Positions 38,032 to 47,355 of a DNA stretch of 64,000 nucleotides are shown piece by piece. Each line of letters opens with the position of its first letter. Within the stretch, counting starts at the first letter, position 1. The notes below the pieces were generated by a model. It was not told where the DNA came from, ran no database searches, and was given only the letters and a program-made list of their open reading frames with translations. This DNA comes from Actinomycetota bacterium. GTDB lineage: Bacteria; Actinomycetota; Actinomycetes; Nanopelagicales; Nanopelagicaceae. Made by a program: the position numbers and the translations under genes. Location of the stretch: the NCBI GenBank assembly GCA_009701305.1, contig WLKK01000001.1, positions 140-64,139 on the forward strand, read 5' to 3'.

Positions 38032-38661
38032 ATGGCTGAGATCAAAATCGCAGGTGCCCGCCGGACTGAATTCGGAAAAGGTGCATCTCGTCGAACCAGA
38101 CGTGATGGATTAGTTCCAGCTGTTATTTACGGCCATGGCGAAAATCCAATCCACATCTCGTTGCCAGCTCGCGAACTTGGTATCGCTCTCAAATCTTCAA
38201 ACGTATTGCTAGATATTGATCTTGGGGATCATGTTGAGTTAACACTTCCAAAATCTATTGTTCGCCATGCGATCAAAGGAACTCTTGAGCACATCGATTT
38301 AATTATTGTACGACGTGGTGAGCGCGTAGTTGTTTCAGTTCCGGTCCACACATCCGGAGAGTACGATCGTGATGGAATTTTGGAACACAATCACAACTCA
38401 ATTGAAGTTGAGACTGAAGCAACATCAATTCCAAGCTTCTTAGAATTAGATATGACTGGATTGGAAGCCGGAAGTTCACTACATGCATCTGATGTGAAAC
38501 TTCCTGCTGGTGTAATTCTTATCAGTGATCCAAAGATGGTTGTTGTACATCTTTCTGTTCGCGCCGCTCAAGAAGAGCCTGCCGCAGTTGTTGCACCTGT
38601 TGAAGGTGCTGACGCACCTGCTGAAGGCGCTGCCGCACCTGCTGAAGGTGCAAAGAGCTAA
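38032..38661 (+). CDS. rplY: 50S ribosomal protein L25 / general stress protein Ctc
   Basis: 209 aa with RRDGLVPAVIYGHG and a C-terminal Ala/Pro/Glu-rich repetitive tail (APVEGADAPAEGAAAPAEGAK). Confidence 0.93.
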   Translation: MAEIKIAGARRTEFGKGASRRTRRDGLVPAVIYGHGENPIHISLPARELGIALKSSNVLLDIDLGDHVELTLPKSIVRHAIKGTLEHIDLIIVRRGERVVVSVPVHTSGEYDRDGILEHNHNSIEVETEATSIPSFLELDMTGLEAGSSLHASDVKLPAGVILISDPKMVVVHLSVRAAQEEPAAVVAPVEGADAPAEGAAAPAEGAKS

Positions 38662-38678
38662 TCCGCTAGCCTTCTTTC

Positions 38679-39254
38679 ATGAGTTGGCTTGTAGTAGGTC
38701 TTGGTAATCCAGGAAATGAATATTCGGCAACCCGTCACAACATCGGATTTCAGGTTGCTGATTATTTAGCTGCACAAGTTGCTGGAAAATTTAGCAAACA
38801 TAAATCAAAGGCAGAAGTTTTAGAAGGTCGATTTGGCGTGGGAGTTGATGCTCCCAAAATAATTATTGCCAAGCCGCAAACATATATGAATGATTCCGGG
38901 AAATCGGTAGTAGCACTTAGGAACTTTTATCAATTATCCAATTCTCAAATTATTGTCATTCACGATGAATTAGATATTGATTTTGCAAAGATCCGTGTCA
39001 AGCAAGGTGGCGGAGATAATGGACACAACGGGTTGAAAAGTTTGACCCAATCTCTTTCAGGGCCAGATTACTTTCGAGTTCGAGTTGGAATTGGTAGACC
39101 AGTTGGCCATATAGATGCGGCAGATTTTGTATTACAAGGCTTTAGCAATATTGAAAAAAAATCACTGGAAGATCTGATTATCAAAGCCGGAGATGCGGTT
39201 GAATCAGTTATGCGAAATGGGTTAGAGCGCACGCAGCAAGATTTTAATGAATAG
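38679..39254 (+). CDS. pth: Peptidyl-tRNA hydrolase
   Basis: 191 aa with VVGLGNPGNEYSATRHNIGF, MNDSG and GGDNGHNGLKS. Confidence 0.96.
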   Translation: MSWLVVGLGNPGNEYSATRHNIGFQVADYLAAQVAGKFSKHKSKAEVLEGRFGVGVDAPKIIIAKPQTYMNDSGKSVVALRNFYQLSNSQIIVIHDELDIDFAKIRVKQGGGDNGHNGLKSLTQSLSGPDYFRVRVGIGRPVGHIDAADFVLQGFSNIEKKSLEDLIIKAGDAVESVMRNGLERTQQDFNE

Positions 39255-40671
39255 CGCGTTCAACCCACTCTAAATATTTTGTGTATTCAATATTTGCAAT
39301 ATTTTGATTTTCAGTGGTTGCGGTAAAGGAGAGCTTTTCACCTGAGAATTTAAGTGCTAAGACCTCTGGTGCGACTCCACTTGCTGCACTTGCTGCCAAG
39401 ATTGCAGCCCCAATGCTTGAAGAATCAGATTCACTAAAAGAAATTACCTCAGAGCGCAAAATTCGACTTCTAATATCGCGCCACAATTTTGATTGATGGG
39501 ATGCACCGCCAAGGTGAACGGTTGATGGCAACTCACCACTTAGGGATTTAGCTTGATCGATTATATGTCGAGCCGTAAAACCAACTCCGAAAATTACCGC
39601 ATGTGCGATGTCGCCAAATTTACTTTGGTGTGAAAGTCCGGCAAAGAGGGCTCGAATGTCACTGCGCCAAATAGGAGCACGTTCACCGGCAAGGTATGGC
39701 AAAAAGATTTCACTGTGAGCATTACTACTTTCGAGAGATTTAGAGAGCAACTCTTCAGGTGTGGAATTAAAAAGATCTGCAGCCCAAGAGATTGCAGAGC
39801 CACTACTTTGAGTTGGACCAAATATCACCGGGATTGGGGCACAACTTTCAGGAACGGTAGAAAGGTTATGTTTACCTTCACTTAATTTTCTACAAGATAT
39901 TCCAGCGATATCCGAACTTCCAGAGATAACAAATGCGGTGGGTTTTGAAAATACTTCAAGAGCCAACATCCCAGCAAGTGCATCTGACCAACCAATTGCC
40001 ACTGGAATTTCAGCGGGTAGAAATTTATTGCCAACAGAAGTTGCACCAGCAACCTCCCATGGTTTACCAATCGCCGGGATTAATTCATTTGGTAAGCCAA
40101 GACTCTTCCAAGCCTGTGTCGGCTTTAATGTTGTGGCATGAATTAAACCTTTGCTTGACCAATTGTCAGAAGAAAATTGTCCGGTTAAATGGAAAAGTAA
40201 AAAATCTTTTGCTTGCAACAAACGCGAATCTTTTTGTAAAATTTTCGGCTCATGCTCTTTTAACCAGCGAACTTTTGGCAAAATTCCAGAAGGGGCCCAT
40301 GGTAGAGAGAGTCCAAAATCTTTCGCGACATCTGGGATTTCAACGGCAAATAGATCTGCTTCTTTTTGTGAACGCGTATCTTGCCAAGTCATGGCCGGGC
40401 GCAAAGGATTACCAAGCAAATCTGTCACTACTAACGTAGGTGTCTGACCAACAATTCCAACTCCGGTGATTTCGGCTAAATCAATATCAAGTTCAGTTAA
40501 AACCTTAGAGAGCGCAGCCAACCAATCGCGTGGATCTTGCTCTACCCAATTTTCATTTGGACGATGCGTTTCATACCCAGCAGAAGTTCTGGCCAAGACC
40601 AGGCCATCTTGATTGATTACTGTTGCTTTTAGAGCAGAGGTTCCTAAATCAACTCCAAGCCAGATTTGCAT
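39244..40671 (-). CDS. FGGY-family carbohydrate kinase (xylulokinase-like)
   Basis: The N-terminus reads MQIWLGVDLGTSALKATVI and the C-terminal domain contains HLGGASHQSKLWRDI. The track ORF starts at 40737; ATG 40671 gives the canonical N-terminus. The 3' end overlaps pth by 11 nt (convergent). Confidence 0.85.
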   Translation of the reverse strand: MQIWLGVDLGTSALKATVINQDGLVLARTSAGYETHRPNENWVEQDPRDWLAALSKVLTELDIDLAEITGVGIVGQTPTLVVTDLLGNPLRPAMTWQDTRSQKEADLFAVEIPDVAKDFGLSLPWAPSGILPKVRWLKEHEPKILQKDSRLLQAKDFLLFHLTGQFSSDNWSSKGLIHATTLKPTQAWKSLGLPNELIPAIGKPWEVAGATSVGNKFLPAEIPVAIGWSDALAGMLALEVFSKPTAFVISGSSDIAGISCRKLSEGKHNLSTVPESCAPIPVIFGPTQSSGSAISWAADLFNSTPEELLSKSLESSNAHSEIFLPYLAGERAPIWRSDIRALFAGLSHQSKFGDIAHAVIFGVGFTARHIIDQAKSLSGELPSTVHLGGASHQSKLWRDIRSRILRSEVISFSESDSSSIGAAILAASAASGVAPEVLALKFSGEKLSFTATTENQNIANIEYTKYLEWVERAIH

Positions 40672-40694
40672 GGGACTCCCTTTCTGCCTGAGTT

Positions 40695-40706
40695 GAGGGT
40701 ACCCTC
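40695..40706. promoter_or_regulatory. Perfect 12-bp palindrome GAGGGTACCCTC in a divergent promoter region
   Basis: It lies in the 59-bp spacer between the FGGY kinase start (40671) and the DgoD-like gene start (40731). Confidence 0.4.
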
Positions 40707-40730
40707 GCGATTGCAATAGAAGGGGCCAAG

Positions 40731-41843
40731 ATGACAACTATAAAGAAGATCTCAACGTATTTATTGGGGCAAGATCAAATATTTGTAAAAATTGATACTT
40801 CAGAGCCGGGATTATTTGGTTGGGGGAGTGTTGCTTTCGCGGGCCACCACAAATTAATTGCAATTAGTGTTAATGATTACTTAACTGATTTCTTGATCGG
40901 CAAAGAGATAACTGAGATTGAAGATATTTGGCAAACCTCTCAAGTGCAATCATCATGGCGTAATGATCCAGCGCTTAATTGTGCCCTTTCGGCAATTGAT
41001 CAAGCGCTTTGGGACATTAAAGGTAAAGAGGTTGGCAAGTCGGTAGTAGATCTCATCGGCGGGCGAGCTCGTAAAGCGGTTCCGGTATTAATGAAATGCG
41101 AAAAGAATTTAAATTCAGGATTGCTAGATGAGATTGCAAGATTGCAAAACGATGAAATTGAATATTTTTTGATTAATCCAGAGATGGATTCAAAAGCAGT
41201 GACATATGGCAGACAAATTGTTGAAGTTTTTAGTAAATTGCGATCTGAGTTCGGCAATAAAGTACATCTTGCCCATGATTTTGACGGGCGGTTATCACCG
41301 ACAGAAGTTCTTGCAGTTGTTAAACGGCTAGAAGAATTTCACCCATTCTTTTTAGAAGATGTATTTCCTCCTGAGCATATTGATTGGCACCTTGCCATGA
41401 GAATGCAAACAAAGGTCCCAATGGCCACAGGTAAAAGATTTGTAAATCCACATGAATGGCTCAACATAATTCCACAAATGGCAATTGATATATTGCGCTG
41501 CAATATAAGTGCAATTGGTGGATTAAGCCAAGCCTTGAAAGTTGGGCATTACGCCGCTCCAATTAGCATTCGAACTTCATGGTCAGCTGGTGAATTACAA
41601 AGTCCAATAGAGTCGGTAGCCACCGGCCATCTTTCACTCAACCTGCTAAACGCTGGCCCACAAGAATGGCGCCAACCTTCATCGGTAATAACTGATGTGG
41701 TTGGGGGATTACCTGAAATGAAAAACGGATACCTTTATTTCAACGCAAAACCCGGATTTGGTCTAGAAATTTCAGAGCAAAATCTCACCCTATTGAATAA
41801 TTTGCCAATAAATAGAAAGATAACCCACTATGACAACCATTAA
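40731..41843 (+). CDS. DgoD/ManD-like enolase-superfamily protein with substituted catalytic residues
   Basis: 370 aa. The capping-domain motif AIDQALWDIKGKEVGKSVVDLIGG is intact. Barrel positions read AHDFDGRL (D183, D185), FLED (E209), ATGKRF (K235), LRCNISAIGG (N258) and RTSWS (S285). Confidence 0.85.
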   Translation: MTTIKKISTYLLGQDQIFVKIDTSEPGLFGWGSVAFAGHHKLIAISVNDYLTDFLIGKEITEIEDIWQTSQVQSSWRNDPALNCALSAIDQALWDIKGKEVGKSVVDLIGGRARKAVPVLMKCEKNLNSGLLDEIARLQNDEIEYFLINPEMDSKAVTYGRQIVEVFSKLRSEFGNKVHLAHDFDGRLSPTEVLAVVKRLEEFHPFFLEDVFPPEHIDWHLAMRMQTKVPMATGKRFVNPHEWLNIIPQMAIDILRCNISAIGGLSQALKVGHYAAPISIRTSWSAGELQSPIESVATGHLSLNLLNAGPQEWRQPSSVITDVVGGLPEMKNGYLYFNAKPGFGLEISEQNLTLLNNLPINRKITHYDNH

Positions 41844-42687
41844 TAATGTAAATGAGATTCGTAGCGAAGTTGGCGAAGGTCCAAACTGGGATGCAGGGAC
41901 TTCAACAATTTCCTGGGTAGATATTGCCGGAAAGTTATGGTTTGAGCAGAACATTGAAGGTGGTCCAGTCACCACCCATTCAGTACCAGAAGTTATTGGT
42001 GCGATTGTTGGTCGGAAGAAGGGTGGCTATTACGCCGCAACTAAAGAAGGATTTGCTGAATTAAATCCAGATAATGGTTGGAAAATTACCAAGAATTTTC
42101 TAAAAGAAGATGAACGTATGAATGATGCAAAAGTTGATTCTGCTGGAAGATTTTGGGCCGGAAGTTGCACTATGGATATGGTGCCAGGAACCGGCGCTTT
42201 GCATGTCTTATCTGGTGATCTGACCATGAAAACTGTGGCCACGGGAATTACACTTCCAAATGGGTTGGCATGGAGTGCAGATAATTCATATTTTTACCAC
42301 GTAGATAGCATGCAACACGTTCTATCTAGCTATGAAGTAGATTTTGAAAATGCTGAGTTACATAATAAGAAAACTTTAGTTTCATTCCCTGATGATGGAT
42401 CAGTCCCTGACGGAATGTGTATTTCAAACGAAGGTTTATTACTAGTTGCCATGTGGGGCGGTTCACGAATTGAAATTTATGACCAACAGGGTAAAAAGCA
42501 ATCGGTTATAGATATGCCAGTAAAACAACCAAGCTCATGCACTTTTGGTGGCGCAAAGGGAGATCGCCTGATCGTGACTTCAGCTAGAGCATCACTTGGT
42601 GATACTGCTAACGAATTAGATGGTGGTTTGTTTATAGTTGATGGGCTCGGACTTACCGGTGCTCAAAGTGAAAAATTCAACGGTTAG
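41830..42687 (+). CDS. SMP-30/gluconolactonase/LRE-family lactonase
   Basis: 285 aa with GEGPNWD, NDAKVDSAGRFWAG, PNGLAWS and PDGMCI. The start overlaps the upstream gene by 14 nt. Confidence 0.88.
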   Translation: MTTINNVNEIRSEVGEGPNWDAGTSTISWVDIAGKLWFEQNIEGGPVTTHSVPEVIGAIVGRKKGGYYAATKEGFAELNPDNGWKITKNFLKEDERMNDAKVDSAGRFWAGSCTMDMVPGTGALHVLSGDLTMKTVATGITLPNGLAWSADNSYFYHVDSMQHVLSSYEVDFENAELHNKKTLVSFPDDGSVPDGMCISNEGLLLVAMWGGSRIEIYDQQGKKQSVIDMPVKQPSSCTFGGAKGDRLIVTSARASLGDTANELDGGLFIVDGLGLTGAQSEKFNG

Positions 42688-42695
42688 GAGAAATT

Positions 42696-43730
42696 ATGCG
42701 CGCACAATCACGTAATCACTCATGTCGGATCCACGATAATTTCAAAATAGGAAAATTGGCAGCTGTTGTATTAGAAAATGAAAAGTTGCGCATCACAGTT
42801 GCCGCAGGCCGTGGCGCTGATGTAGTTGAATTTTTGCACAAGCCGGATGATTTAGATTTAGTTTGGCTTACACCCAACGGTTTGGTAGACGGCGAAGTTA
42901 ATTACAACTACAACGACCCTCTTGGTGCATTTACTGATGAGTATCCAGGTGGTTGGCAAACAATTTTTCCAAATGGTGGTGCTGCATCTAATTACCAAGG
43001 TGCAGATTTTGGGCAACATGCCGAAATGGCACTTTTGCCATGGGATTTTAAGATTTTGAAAGATACCCCTGAAGAGATTTCCGTTGAATTTTTTGTGTAT
43101 GGTCGGAAAACTCCATTTTTAGTAAAACGAACCATGAGTTTGAAATCCAACTCCACAACTTTAGACATGGTCGAGACAATTGAGAATTTGTCTGATGTAG
43201 AGATTCCGACAATGTGGGGATTCCACTTCACATTTGGCCCACCATTTATGGATGATGATTGCCGAGTGGTACTCCCAGGAAAACCAACTGTGATGCCGCA
43301 CGCCAGTGAGGTATTCGGTAGTTCACGCCGATTAAAGGGAAATGAAAATTTTGCTTGGCCGGTAGGTGTTGGGCCAGATGACAAGCCAGTTGATTTCAGC
43401 AATATTCCACCACGAAATACTCCGACTGAAATGTTGTACCTAAAGGATTTAGAGCAAGGCGAGTATCGAGTCGAATCACCAAACAAAGGTTTAGCCGCAG
43501 TTGTTAAGTGGGATAAAACAAATCATCCATACCTTTGGTTTTGGCAAGAGTTTGGCGCAACTACGGGATATCCATGGTATGGCCGTTATTACAACATTGG
43601 GTTAGAACCATTTTCAAGTCTTCCAACAACAGGTGTAGTTGATTCAGTAAATAATGGAACTGCGCTGATTTTTAAAGGCCGGGAAGTTAAGAGTAATAAA
43701 TTCTCATTTGGCGTTGAAAAGTTAAAGTAA
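42696..43730 (+). CDS. Aldose-1-epimerase-fold protein (DUF4432-like)
   Basis: 344 aa, predicted all-beta, with YPGGWQTIFPNGG and GQHAEMALLPWDF. The family call is from memory and is tentative. Confidence 0.55.
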   Translation: MRAQSRNHSCRIHDNFKIGKLAAVVLENEKLRITVAAGRGADVVEFLHKPDDLDLVWLTPNGLVDGEVNYNYNDPLGAFTDEYPGGWQTIFPNGGAASNYQGADFGQHAEMALLPWDFKILKDTPEEISVEFFVYGRKTPFLVKRTMSLKSNSTTLDMVETIENLSDVEIPTMWGFHFTFGPPFMDDDCRVVLPGKPTVMPHASEVFGSSRRLKGNENFAWPVGVGPDDKPVDFSNIPPRNTPTEMLYLKDLEQGEYRVESPNKGLAAVVKWDKTNHPYLWFWQEFGATTGYPWYGRYYNIGLEPFSSLPTTGVVDSVNNGTALIFKGREVKSNKFSFGVEKLK

Positions 43731-43748
43731 AAATTAGTAAGGAGTGAA

Positions 43749-44543
43749 ATGGATTTTGTTGGAAAAGTAGTAATAGTTACCGGTGCCGCAAAAGGTATGG
43801 GTTTTGGCGCTGCAGTTAAATTCGCAAACGAAGGTGCAAGTGTGGGACTTGTGGATAATGATGCTGCGACGCTTGCTACTGTTGAGAAGAACTTTTTAAC
43901 ATCAGGAAAGAAAGTAAAAGCTTTTCCAACTGATGTGAGTAATGCAAAAGATGTTGAGAAGATGGTTGCCGGGGTTATTGCTGAATTTGGAGCGCTAGAT
44001 GTAATTGCAAATTGCGCTGGAATCCAAACTTATGGCGATGCAGTGGAGACAACCGAAGAGATTTGGGATAAAACCCTTGATGTAAATGTTAAATCTATGT
44101 TTTTGACTGCAAAGTATGGTGTTCCGCATATGCGCAAGCGGGGCGGAGGCGCAATTGTAAATATTTCTTCAGTTCAGTCCATAGGTGCTCAAAAACAAGT
44201 TGTTGCTTATTCCACTTCTAAGGGTGCAATCAACGCATTAACGCGAGCGATGGCAATGGATTTTGCAGTGGATAAAATTCGAGTTAATTCAGTACTTCCA
44301 GGTTCGGTTGATACGCCTTTGCTGCGTTTTGCTGCCGAAACTCACAAAGGAAATAAAACAGTGGATGAAGTTGTGGCTGAATGGGGAAGTTCACATCCGA
44401 TAGGTCGGATGGGAACTATCGAAGATATCGCCGAACTTATTGTATTTCTAGCGAGTGATAGAGCACTATTTATTACTGGTTCAGATTATGTAATAGATGG
44501 TGGCTTGATGGCACAAATTCCAGTAATACTTCCAGAAAAATAA
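43749..44543 (+). CDS. SDR family oxidoreductase
   Basis: 264 aa with VTGAAKGMGFG, NCAG, YSTSKGA and PGSVDTP. Confidence 0.9.
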   Translation: MDFVGKVVIVTGAAKGMGFGAAVKFANEGASVGLVDNDAATLATVEKNFLTSGKKVKAFPTDVSNAKDVEKMVAGVIAEFGALDVIANCAGIQTYGDAVETTEEIWDKTLDVNVKSMFLTAKYGVPHMRKRGGGAIVNISSVQSIGAQKQVVAYSTSKGAINALTRAMAMDFAVDKIRVNSVLPGSVDTPLLRFAAETHKGNKTVDEVVAEWGSSHPIGRMGTIEDIAELIVFLASDRALFITGSDYVIDGGLMAQIPVILPEK

Positions 44544-44549
44544 TTCAAC

Positions 44550-47261
44550 TCAGCCGGTATTACGTAAACCCGCTGCAATGCCGTTGATGGTAAGAAGTAA
44601 TGCTCGACGCAGAGTTGCCTCATCGCTGTTGTCACCTTGGCGAACTCTTTGCAGTAGTGAGACTTGCAGAAGTTGAAGTGGGCGAAGGTAAGCATCACGA
44701 ACTTGCAAAGTTTGTGAAAGAATTGGCTGATCACTTAGCAGTTCGCTCTTTCCAGTCAAAAGTAAAATTTCCGCGACGGTTAGATCAAATTCAGCCCGAA
44801 TTTCAGCTAAGAAATGATGAAGCTCAGGGGTAACCAATGTTTTTACATAATGTTCCGCGGTTGCAAGATCTGTTTTTACCAAAGTCATTTCGACATTGCT
44901 GATAAATGTCCGGAAAAAATGCCATTCAGTAAGCATGTGCGCCAACACTTCAGATTTACCTGCTTCACGCGCTGCTTTTAATCCAGTTCCAACACCGAAC
45001 CAACCTGGAACAATTTGGCGCGATTGAGTCCAACCAAATACCCAAGGAATTGCCCGCAATCCACTTAAGTCAGCGCTTGAATCTGGGCGTCTTGATGGTC
45101 GCGAACCTAGGAAAAGATCTCCTAGTTGTTCTACTGGGGTTGATTCAAAGAAATATTGGGGAAGATCAGGATGATCAGTCAAGGTACGGTACTGCGTCAT
45201 TGCAGCACCACTAACTAGATCCATACATGAATCCCATTTTGCTAAATCTTTAGGATTTTGCCGCGGCGCACGATTTAAAACTGTTGCTTCTAAAGATGCC
45301 GCCAGCATTAACTCCACATTTTCACGTGCAAGTGATGGAAGGGAGTATTTATCGCTGATGACTTCCCCTTGTTCAGTCATTTTAATCTCACCATCAACTG
45401 AACCCCAAGGAAGTGCAATTAATGCGTCATAAGTTGGCCCACCGCCACGACCTACAGAACCACCCCGGCCATGGAATATTCGAAGTGCAATCCCATGTTT
45501 CATGGCGACATCACGCAGGCGTCTTTGTGCTCGGTGAATTTCCCATTGGCTAGTTGTAATTCCAGCATCTTTGTTTGAATCTGAGTATCCAAGCATTACT
45601 TCCTGAACATTTCCGCGTAGCTCAAGAATCTGTCGGTATTCCGGAACTGTAAAAAGTGATTCCAAAATTTTGTCCGCAGATTGCAACTCAGCAACAGTTT
45701 CGAGAAGTGGAACATATCCAATTAAAGAATAAGGCTCCTCACTATTTAAATTTAATAATCCTGCTTGTTTGCCGAGAACTACCGCGGCCAATAAATCATC
45801 AGCACCTTTTGTCATTGAAACGATGTAACTCTCGATCGCTTCATTGCCATATCGTTCGATAATCTCACCTATTGCATCAAAAGTTGCCAAAGTTTGTTTA
45901 CCAAGTTCATCAAGTTCATCGACTTCATTTTTAGAATTTCCTGTTAATGGGCGAGGGTTTGCTAATTCTGCTGCTAATAGATTTAGCCGTTCGGCACTAT
46001 TCAATTCTAGATAATTCTTGGTTCCAACACTGCTAAATAATTGATTTAAAAGATGATGATGGCGATCAGAATGCTCGCGCACATCAAGGGTTGCATGGGT
46101 TAATCCAAATGCTGAAACATTTCGGATCATTCGATCAAGTTCACCATTTGCAATTAATTCACCTTTATGGCTCATGAGTGAATCGCGCATCACCAGTAGA
46201 TCATCAAGTAATTCTTGAGTATTTGCATAGTCGCGGCCTGGCTCATGATCTTGTAGGAAAGCATGGCGCTTTTGAGTAAGCAACAATTTGTGGCGAATGG
46301 CAGTGGCTTTTAATCGATATGGTTCTTCTACGTTGATCCGCCTAAACCGTTCTTCAATTTCGGGCAATATTCGTAAATCTGCATCCACAGAGGCAAGTAG
46401 TTCGGCAGAGGCTCCAGCAATACGCGTAGAAACCGAAAGTGATTGACGAAGTGCATCTAATCTTTCGAGAGTTACGCGGATGCTATGACCAACTTGGGTG
46501 GTGATGGCGTTTTTAGTTACTTCAGCGGTTACGTGTGGATTTCCATCTCTATCTCCACCGATCCAACTTCCAAAAGAAAGTGGACGTGCGGTCGCATCAA
46601 GAGTTATTCCAAATTTATTTAATTCAAAAGCAAAATCTTCAAGAACTTGGGAAACAGTAGATCTGCTTAAATCATCTAAGTAGTAAAGAGCATTCATTGC
46701 TTCATCAATTGGTTCTGGACGTTCTAAACGCAACTCATCTGTCTGCCATAACAGTTCAATAGCCTCAGCAAGTCTGCGATTATTCTCTGGCGCATTTTTC
46801 GCATCAAGTAAAACTGCAATTGTTGCCAGTTTGCTCAAAATAGATCTGCGTGCAGCTTCAGTCGGATGTGCTGTGAATACTGGCCGAACTGAAAGAGATG
46901 CAACTGCCCTAGCCAATTCATCTCGTGAAATTTTTTGATCGGCGATGCGATGTGATGCACGTTGCAACCAAGATTCACCACTTCCGCGTTCTTGAGCTAA
47001 TGTGCGAGCGCGGTGAACTTGTTCCGCAACGTTTGCTAAGTGAAAGTAAGCGTTAAAAGCTCTTACTAATCTGATGCTGTCGTCAACATTAACTTTGGCA
47101 AGCAAATTTGCACCTGCCGGTGAATCTTCACGGACTGCTTGGCGAACTTGTTCAACCAGATCTAGGAGTGATTGCCCTTCTTGACGGGCGATTGTTTCTC
47201 CCAATAAATCGCCTAAGCGGCGAACATCAGCGCGTAACTCCGCGCCATCACTGGAAGGCAT
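44550..47261 (-). CDS. ppc: Phosphoenolpyruvate carboxylase
   Basis: 903 aa with VFTAHPTE, GYSDSNKDAG, FHGRGGSVGRGGGP and the C-terminal GLRNTG. Confidence 0.97.
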   Translation of the reverse strand: MPSSDGAELRADVRRLGDLLGETIARQEGQSLLDLVEQVRQAVREDSPAGANLLAKVNVDDSIRLVRAFNAYFHLANVAEQVHRARTLAQERGSGESWLQRASHRIADQKISRDELARAVASLSVRPVFTAHPTEAARRSILSKLATIAVLLDAKNAPENNRRLAEAIELLWQTDELRLERPEPIDEAMNALYYLDDLSRSTVSQVLEDFAFELNKFGITLDATARPLSFGSWIGGDRDGNPHVTAEVTKNAITTQVGHSIRVTLERLDALRQSLSVSTRIAGASAELLASVDADLRILPEIEERFRRINVEEPYRLKATAIRHKLLLTQKRHAFLQDHEPGRDYANTQELLDDLLVMRDSLMSHKGELIANGELDRMIRNVSAFGLTHATLDVREHSDRHHHLLNQLFSSVGTKNYLELNSAERLNLLAAELANPRPLTGNSKNEVDELDELGKQTLATFDAIGEIIERYGNEAIESYIVSMTKGADDLLAAVVLGKQAGLLNLNSEEPYSLIGYVPLLETVAELQSADKILESLFTVPEYRQILELRGNVQEVMLGYSDSNKDAGITTSQWEIHRAQRRLRDVAMKHGIALRIFHGRGGSVGRGGGPTYDALIALPWGSVDGEIKMTEQGEVISDKYSLPSLARENVELMLAASLEATVLNRAPRQNPKDLAKWDSCMDLVSGAAMTQYRTLTDHPDLPQYFFESTPVEQLGDLFLGSRPSRRPDSSADLSGLRAIPWVFGWTQSRQIVPGWFGVGTGLKAAREAGKSEVLAHMLTEWHFFRTFISNVEMTLVKTDLATAEHYVKTLVTPELHHFLAEIRAEFDLTVAEILLLTGKSELLSDQPILSQTLQVRDAYLRPLQLLQVSLLQRVRQGDNSDEATLRRALLLTINGIAAGLRNTG

Positions 47262-47355
47262 GGGGTAATTCTCTCAGATAGAGTCGTCCTATTGCCCCCC
47301 GCATCTAGCGGATTGGGGCTTGTCGTGCTGTATCAAGAAGAGAATTGGGGCAAAG

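Noticed and set aside
38580-38661. Approximate 18-bp tandem repeats (GCACCTGCTGAAGGYGCT)
   Set aside because: They encode the APAEGA low-complexity C-terminal tail of L25/Ctc, a common feature of actinobacterial L25. This is not an independent element.
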